This document shows positions 28,865-32,000 of a DNA stretch of 32,000 nucleotides, piece by piece. The position numbers and the translations under genes were made by a program. The notes below the pieces were generated by a model. The model was not told the origin of the DNA, searched no databases, and worked only from the letters and a program-made list of their open reading frames with translations. Positions within the stretch are counted from its first letter, which is position 1. Every line of letters begins with the position of its first letter. This DNA comes from Mycobacterium tuberculosis H37Rv (GTDB lineage Bacteria; Actinomycetota; Actinomycetes; Mycobacteriales; Mycobacteriaceae): NCBI RefSeq assembly GCF_000195955.2, contig NC_000962.3, positions 1,800,001 to 1,832,000 on the forward strand, written 5' to 3'.

Positions 28865-30073
28865 CTAGCGCGCGACGATCACCGACGAGCCGTGCCCGAA
28901 CAGGCCCTGGTTGGCGGTGACGCCGACCTTGGCGTCCGCCACCTGCCGGCCGGTGGCCTGACCGCGCAGCTGCCAGGTCAGCTCGCAGACCTGCGCGATC
29001 GCCTGGGCGGGAATCGCCTCACCGAAACACGCCAGCCCGCCCGACGGGTTGACCGGGACCCTGCCGCCGAGGGTGGTCGCGCCGCTGCGCAGCAGCGCCT
29101 CGGCCTCACCCTTGGGGCAGAGCCCCAGGTGTTCGTACCAGTCGAGTTCCAACGCGGTGGACAGGTCGTAGACCTCGGCCAGGCTTAAGTCTTCTGGACC
29201 AATACCGGCCTCCGCGTAGGCAGCGTCGAGGATCTGATCCTTGAACACCCGCTCCGGAGCCGGCACCGCGGCGGTGGAATCCGTTGCGATATCCGGCAAT
29301 TCGGGCAAATGTTGCGGGTATTTCGGGGTAACGGTGCTGATCGCGCGCACCGACGGCACGCCCGCCACCGAGCCAAGGTGCTTCTCGGTGAAAGACTTGC
29401 TGGCCACGATGAGTGCGGCCGCACCGTCGGAGGTGGCGCAGATGTCAAGCAGCCGAAGCGGATCCGAGACCACCGGGCTAGCCAGCACGTCGTCGATCGA
29501 GTTCTCTTTGCGGTAGCGGGCGTTCGGGTTGTCTAGGCCGTGCCGGGAGTTCTTGACCTTCACTTGAGCGAAGTCCTCGACTGTGGCGCCGTACAGGTCC
29601 ATGCGCCGGCGCGCCAGCAGCGCGAAGTACACCGTGTTCGTCGCCCCGATCAGATGGAAGCGCTGCCAGTCGGGGTCGCCCTTGCGCTCGCCGCCCACGG
29701 GCGCGAAAAAGCCCTTCGGTGTGGTGTCGGCGCCGATCACCAGCGCCACGTCACAGAAACCGGCCAAGATCTGCGCGCGAGCACTCTGCAGCGCTTGGGA
29801 ACCGCTGGCACACGCGGCGTAGCTGGAGCTGACCGGCACACCGGTCCAGCCGAGCTTCTGGGCGAACGTGGCACCGGCGACGAAGCCCGGATACCCGTTG
29901 CGGATGGTGTCCGCTCCGGCGACCAGCTGCACGTGCCGCCAGTCCACGCCGGCGTCCCGCAACGCGGCGCGGGCGGCGACCACGCCATACTCGGTGAAGT
30001 CATTACCCCATTTCCCCCACGGGTGCATACCGGCACCCAGGATGTAAACGGGTTCCGGCGCGCTCATCCTCAT
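28865..30073 (-). CDS. Thiolase-like / SCP-x-type nonspecific lipid-transfer protein (Rv1627c-like)
   Basis: 402-aa ORF with a thiolase-superfamily fold (YAACASGSQAL nucleophile region, C-terminal CFGEAIP/GHG region). ATGA overlap with the upstream DUF35 gene. Confidence 0.88.
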   Translation of the reverse strand: MRMSAPEPVYILGAGMHPWGKWGNDFTEYGVVAARAALRDAGVDWRHVQLVAGADTIRNGYPGFVAGATFAQKLGWTGVPVSSSYAACASGSQALQSARAQILAGFCDVALVIGADTTPKGFFAPVGGERKGDPDWQRFHLIGATNTVYFALLARRRMDLYGATVEDFAQVKVKNSRHGLDNPNARYRKENSIDDVLASPVVSDPLRLLDICATSDGAAALIVASKSFTEKHLGSVAGVPSVRAISTVTPKYPQHLPELPDIATDSTAAVPAPERVFKDQILDAAYAEAGIGPEDLSLAEVYDLSTALELDWYEHLGLCPKGEAEALLRSGATTLGGRVPVNPSGGLACFGEAIPAQAIAQVCELTWQLRGQATGRQVADAKVGVTANQGLFGHGSSVIVAR

Positions 30074-30561
30074 CGGCGCCGCTCCTCAGCATCGCTGCGC
30101 TCTGCATCGTCGCCGGCGCGCGATGGGATCCGCCACGCGTAGACGATGCGCTGCACACCGTCGTCGTCGGCGAACAGCGGCATGGTCGTCAGCTCCATCT
30201 CCATGCCGACCTTCAGATCGGCGGCCAGCGTGCCATCGACCACTTTGCCCAGCACGATCAGTCCCTCGTCGGCCAGTTCCACCGCGGCCACGGCGAACGG
30301 CTCAAAGGGGTCGGGTGCCGGGTACGGCGGTGGCGGGGCGTACCGGTTTTCGGTGTAGCTCCAAAGCTTTCCGCGGGTCGACAGTCCGACCGACTCTAGT
30401 GTGTCGCTGCCGCAAGCCGGATTCGGACAATTGTCCGCCCGGGGTGGGAAGACGTACGTGCCGCACTGGGGACACTTGCCGCCGAGCAGATGCGGGTTGC
30501 CGGCCTTATCGGTGGTGAACCATCCATCGATTGCCGGTTCTTCACGGGTGACCTCTGGCAC
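30070..30561 (-). CDS. DUF35 OB-fold / zinc-ribbon protein, partner of the thiolase-like protein (Rv1628c-like)
   Basis: 163-aa ORF with a GTG start. It has a four-Cys rubredoxin-like ribbon CPQCGTYVFPPRADNCPNPAC followed by an OB-fold segment. Confidence 0.85.
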   Translation of the reverse strand: MPEVTREEPAIDGWFTTDKAGNPHLLGGKCPQCGTYVFPPRADNCPNPACGSDTLESVGLSTRGKLWSYTENRYAPPPPYPAPDPFEPFAVAAVELADEGLIVLGKVVDGTLAADLKVGMEMELTTMPLFADDDGVQRIVYAWRIPSRAGDDAERSDAEERRR

Positions 30562-30567
30562 CGGTCC

Positions 30568-30573
30568 AGCCTA
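30568..30573 (-). promoter_or_regulatory. Candidate -10 hexamer (TAGGCT) for a leaderless Rv1628c-Rv1627c transcript
   Basis: The minus strand reads TAGGCT, then 6 nt, then GTG 30561, with no SD. Confidence 0.4.
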
Positions 30574-30592
30574 CCGAGCCCGGGCGTAAAAC

Positions 30593-30606
30593 TGAAACGT
30601 GTTGCA
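30593..30606. promoter_or_regulatory. KstR-type TetR operator candidate (TGAAACGTGTTGCA)
   Basis: Matches all eight fixed positions of the published KstR motif TnnAACnnGTTnnA. It lies 32-45 nt upstream of the Rv1628c start, over the -35 region of the candidate promoter. Confidence 0.6.
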
Positions 30607-30651
30607 GTTCTGCTGGCACCTGCGCCCGCATTCCACGTCAGCGTCGGTGCA

Positions 30652-30657
30652 TAAAGT
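30652..30657 (+). promoter_or_regulatory. Candidate -10 hexamer (TAAAGT) for a leaderless polA transcript
   Basis: TAAAGT, then 7 nt, then GTG 30665. An in-frame TGA at 30659-30661 rules out any upstream start, and there is no SD. Confidence 0.4.
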
Positions 30658-30664
30658 GTGAGCC

Positions 30665-32000
30665 GTGGTGACTACTGCCAGTGCCCCCAGCGAGGATCGA
30701 GCCAAGCCGACGCTGATGTTGCTGGATGGCAATTCGCTGGCGTTTCGGGCGTTCTACGCACTGCCCGCGGAGAACTTCAAGACCCGCGGCGGGCTGACCA
30801 CCAACGCCGTCTACGGCTTCACCGCCATGCTGATCAACCTGCTGCGCGATGAAGCCCCGACGCACATCGCGGCGGCTTTCGACGTGTCCCGGCAGACCTT
30901 CCGCTTGCAACGCTACCCGGAGTACAAGGCCAACCGATCGTCGACCCCCGACGAGTTCGCTGGCCAGATCGACATCACCAAAGAAGTGCTGGGCGCACTC
31001 GGCATCACCGTGCTCTCCGAGCCGGGGTTCGAGGCCGACGACCTCATCGCCACGCTGGCCACCCAGGCCGAGAACGAGGGCTACCGGGTGCTGGTGGTCA
31101 CCGGGGATCGTGACGCACTGCAACTGGTCAGTGACGATGTGACGGTGCTCTACCCCCGCAAGGGCGTCAGCGAACTTACGCGCTTCACACCGGAGGCCGT
31201 CGTCGAAAAGTACGGGCTCACCCCTAGGCAGTACCCGGACTTCGCCGCGCTGCGCGGCGACCCCAGCGATAACCTGCCCGGCATACCCGGGGTGGGGGAG
31301 AAGACCGCCGCCAAATGGATCGCCGAGTACGGCTCGCTGCGGTCACTGGTGGACAACGTTGACGCCGTGCGCGGCAAGGTGGGCGATGCGCTGCGGGCGA
31401 ACCTGGCCAGCGTGGTGCGCAACCGTGAGCTCACCGACCTGGTTCGCGACGTGCCGCTGGCCCAGACCCCGGACACGCTGCGGCTGCAGCCCTGGGATCG
31501 CGACCACATTCACCGGCTCTTCGACGACCTGGAGTTTCGGGTGTTGCGCGACCGGTTGTTCGACACGTTGGCCGCGGCCGGGGGACCCGAGGTCGACGAG
31601 GGGTTCGACGTGCGCGGCGGCGCGTTGGCGCCCGGCACGGTTAGGCAATGGTTGGCCGAGCACGCCGGCGACGGGCGCCGAGCGGGCCTGACGGTGGTGG
31701 GTACCCATCTGCCGCACGGTGGGGACGCTACCGCTATGGCCGTCGCCGCCGCCGACGGCGAAGGCGCTTACCTCGATACCGCGACGCTGACGCCCGACGA
31801 CGACGCCGCGTTGGCGGCCTGGCTAGCGGATCCAGCTAAACCCAAAGCCTTGCATGAGGCAAAGGCGGCCGTTCATGACCTGGCGGGTCGTGGTTGGACC
31901 TTGGAGGGCGTCACCTCCGACACCGCACTGGCGGCCTACCTGGTGCGGCCGGGGCAGCGCAGCTTCACCCTCGACGACCTCTCGCTGCGCTATCTGCGTC
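30665..32000 (+). CDS. polA: DNA polymerase I, N-terminal ~445 codons (3' end beyond window)
   Basis: Not in the ORF track because there is no stop in the window. I translated it by hand: VVTTASAPSEDRAKPTLMLLDGNSLAFRAFYALP..., VVTGDRD, and the H3TH motif SDNLPGIPGVGEKTAAKWI of the 5'-3' exonuclease domain, followed by the vestigial 3'-5' exonuclease region. The frame stays open to nt 32000. Confidence 0.93.
   Translation, partial: MVTTASAPSEDRAKPTLMLLDGNSLAFRAFYALPAENFKTRGGLTTNAVYGFTAMLINLLRDEAPTHIAAAFDVSRQTFRLQRYPEYKANRSSTPDEFAGQIDITKEVLGALGITVLSEPGFEADDLIATLATQAENEGYRVLVVTGDRDALQLVSDDVTVLYPRKGVSELTRFTPEAVVEKYGLTPRQYPDFAALRGDPSDNLPGIPGVGEKTAAKWIAEYGSLRSLVDNVDAVRGKVGDALRANLASVVRNRELTDLVRDVPLAQTPDTLRLQPWDRDHIHRLFDDLEFRVLRDRLFDTLAAAGGPEVDEGFDVRGGALAPGTVRQWLAEHAGDGRRAGLTVVGTHLPHGGDATAMAVAAADGEGAYLDTATLTPDDDAALAAWLADPAKPKALHEAKAAVHDLAGRGWTLEGVTSDTALAAYLVRPGQRSFTLDDLSLRYLR

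Noticed and set aside
30638-31123. 161-aa minus-strand ORF at the polA 5' end
   Set aside because: The plus strand encodes an unmistakable Pol I 5'-nuclease domain, so the minus ORF is an antisense artefact. The track omits polA only because it has no stop codon in the window.
31641-31659. IdeR/iron-box-like TTAGGCAATGGTTGGCCGA
   Set aside because: It lies inside the polA coding sequence and matches only the first five bases and scattered positions of the 19-bp iron box.

Overview
High-GC actinobacterial chromosome. From memory, not a database search, the gene order and protein sequences match the Mycobacterium tuberculosis complex region Rv1599-Rv1629. I call 31 CDS and 1 tRNA. Plus strand: the his operon (hisD' C1 B H A/priA impA F I), chaA, the trp operon (trpE, a membrane ORF, trpC B A) running directly into lgt, a TM2/DUF2752 membrane pair, pykA, tesB1 and a DUF2156 membrane protein. 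Minus strand: bcpB, cydABDC, an HdeD-like membrane protein, the class III adenylyl cyclase cya, a tRNA, and a thiolase-like/DUF35 pair. Plus strand at the right end: the ANTAR regulator pdtaR and polA. polA runs off the window end and is therefore missing from the ORF track. I found no IS element, prophage, CRISPR array, defence island or biosynthetic cluster. This is core housekeeping DNA and I see no convincing new multi-gene system. The items most worth a second look are: (1) a 77-nt class-I-shaped tRNA whose anticodon reads CAA (nominally Leu); (2) a cydD 5' region that encodes a family-typical N-terminus but has no ATG/GTG/TTG, only a CTG overlapping the cydB stop; (3) a perfect match to the KstR operator consensus between Rv1628c and polA, flanked by two leaderless-type promoters; (4) a perfect 28-bp-stem hairpin between convergent pdtaR and Rv1627c; (5) a 675-bp unannotated gap after lgt with mutually antisense ORFs and a possible gene remnant. 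Many long ORFs in the track are antisense or off-frame artefacts of high GC. Several true starts lie downstream of the longest-ORF start.
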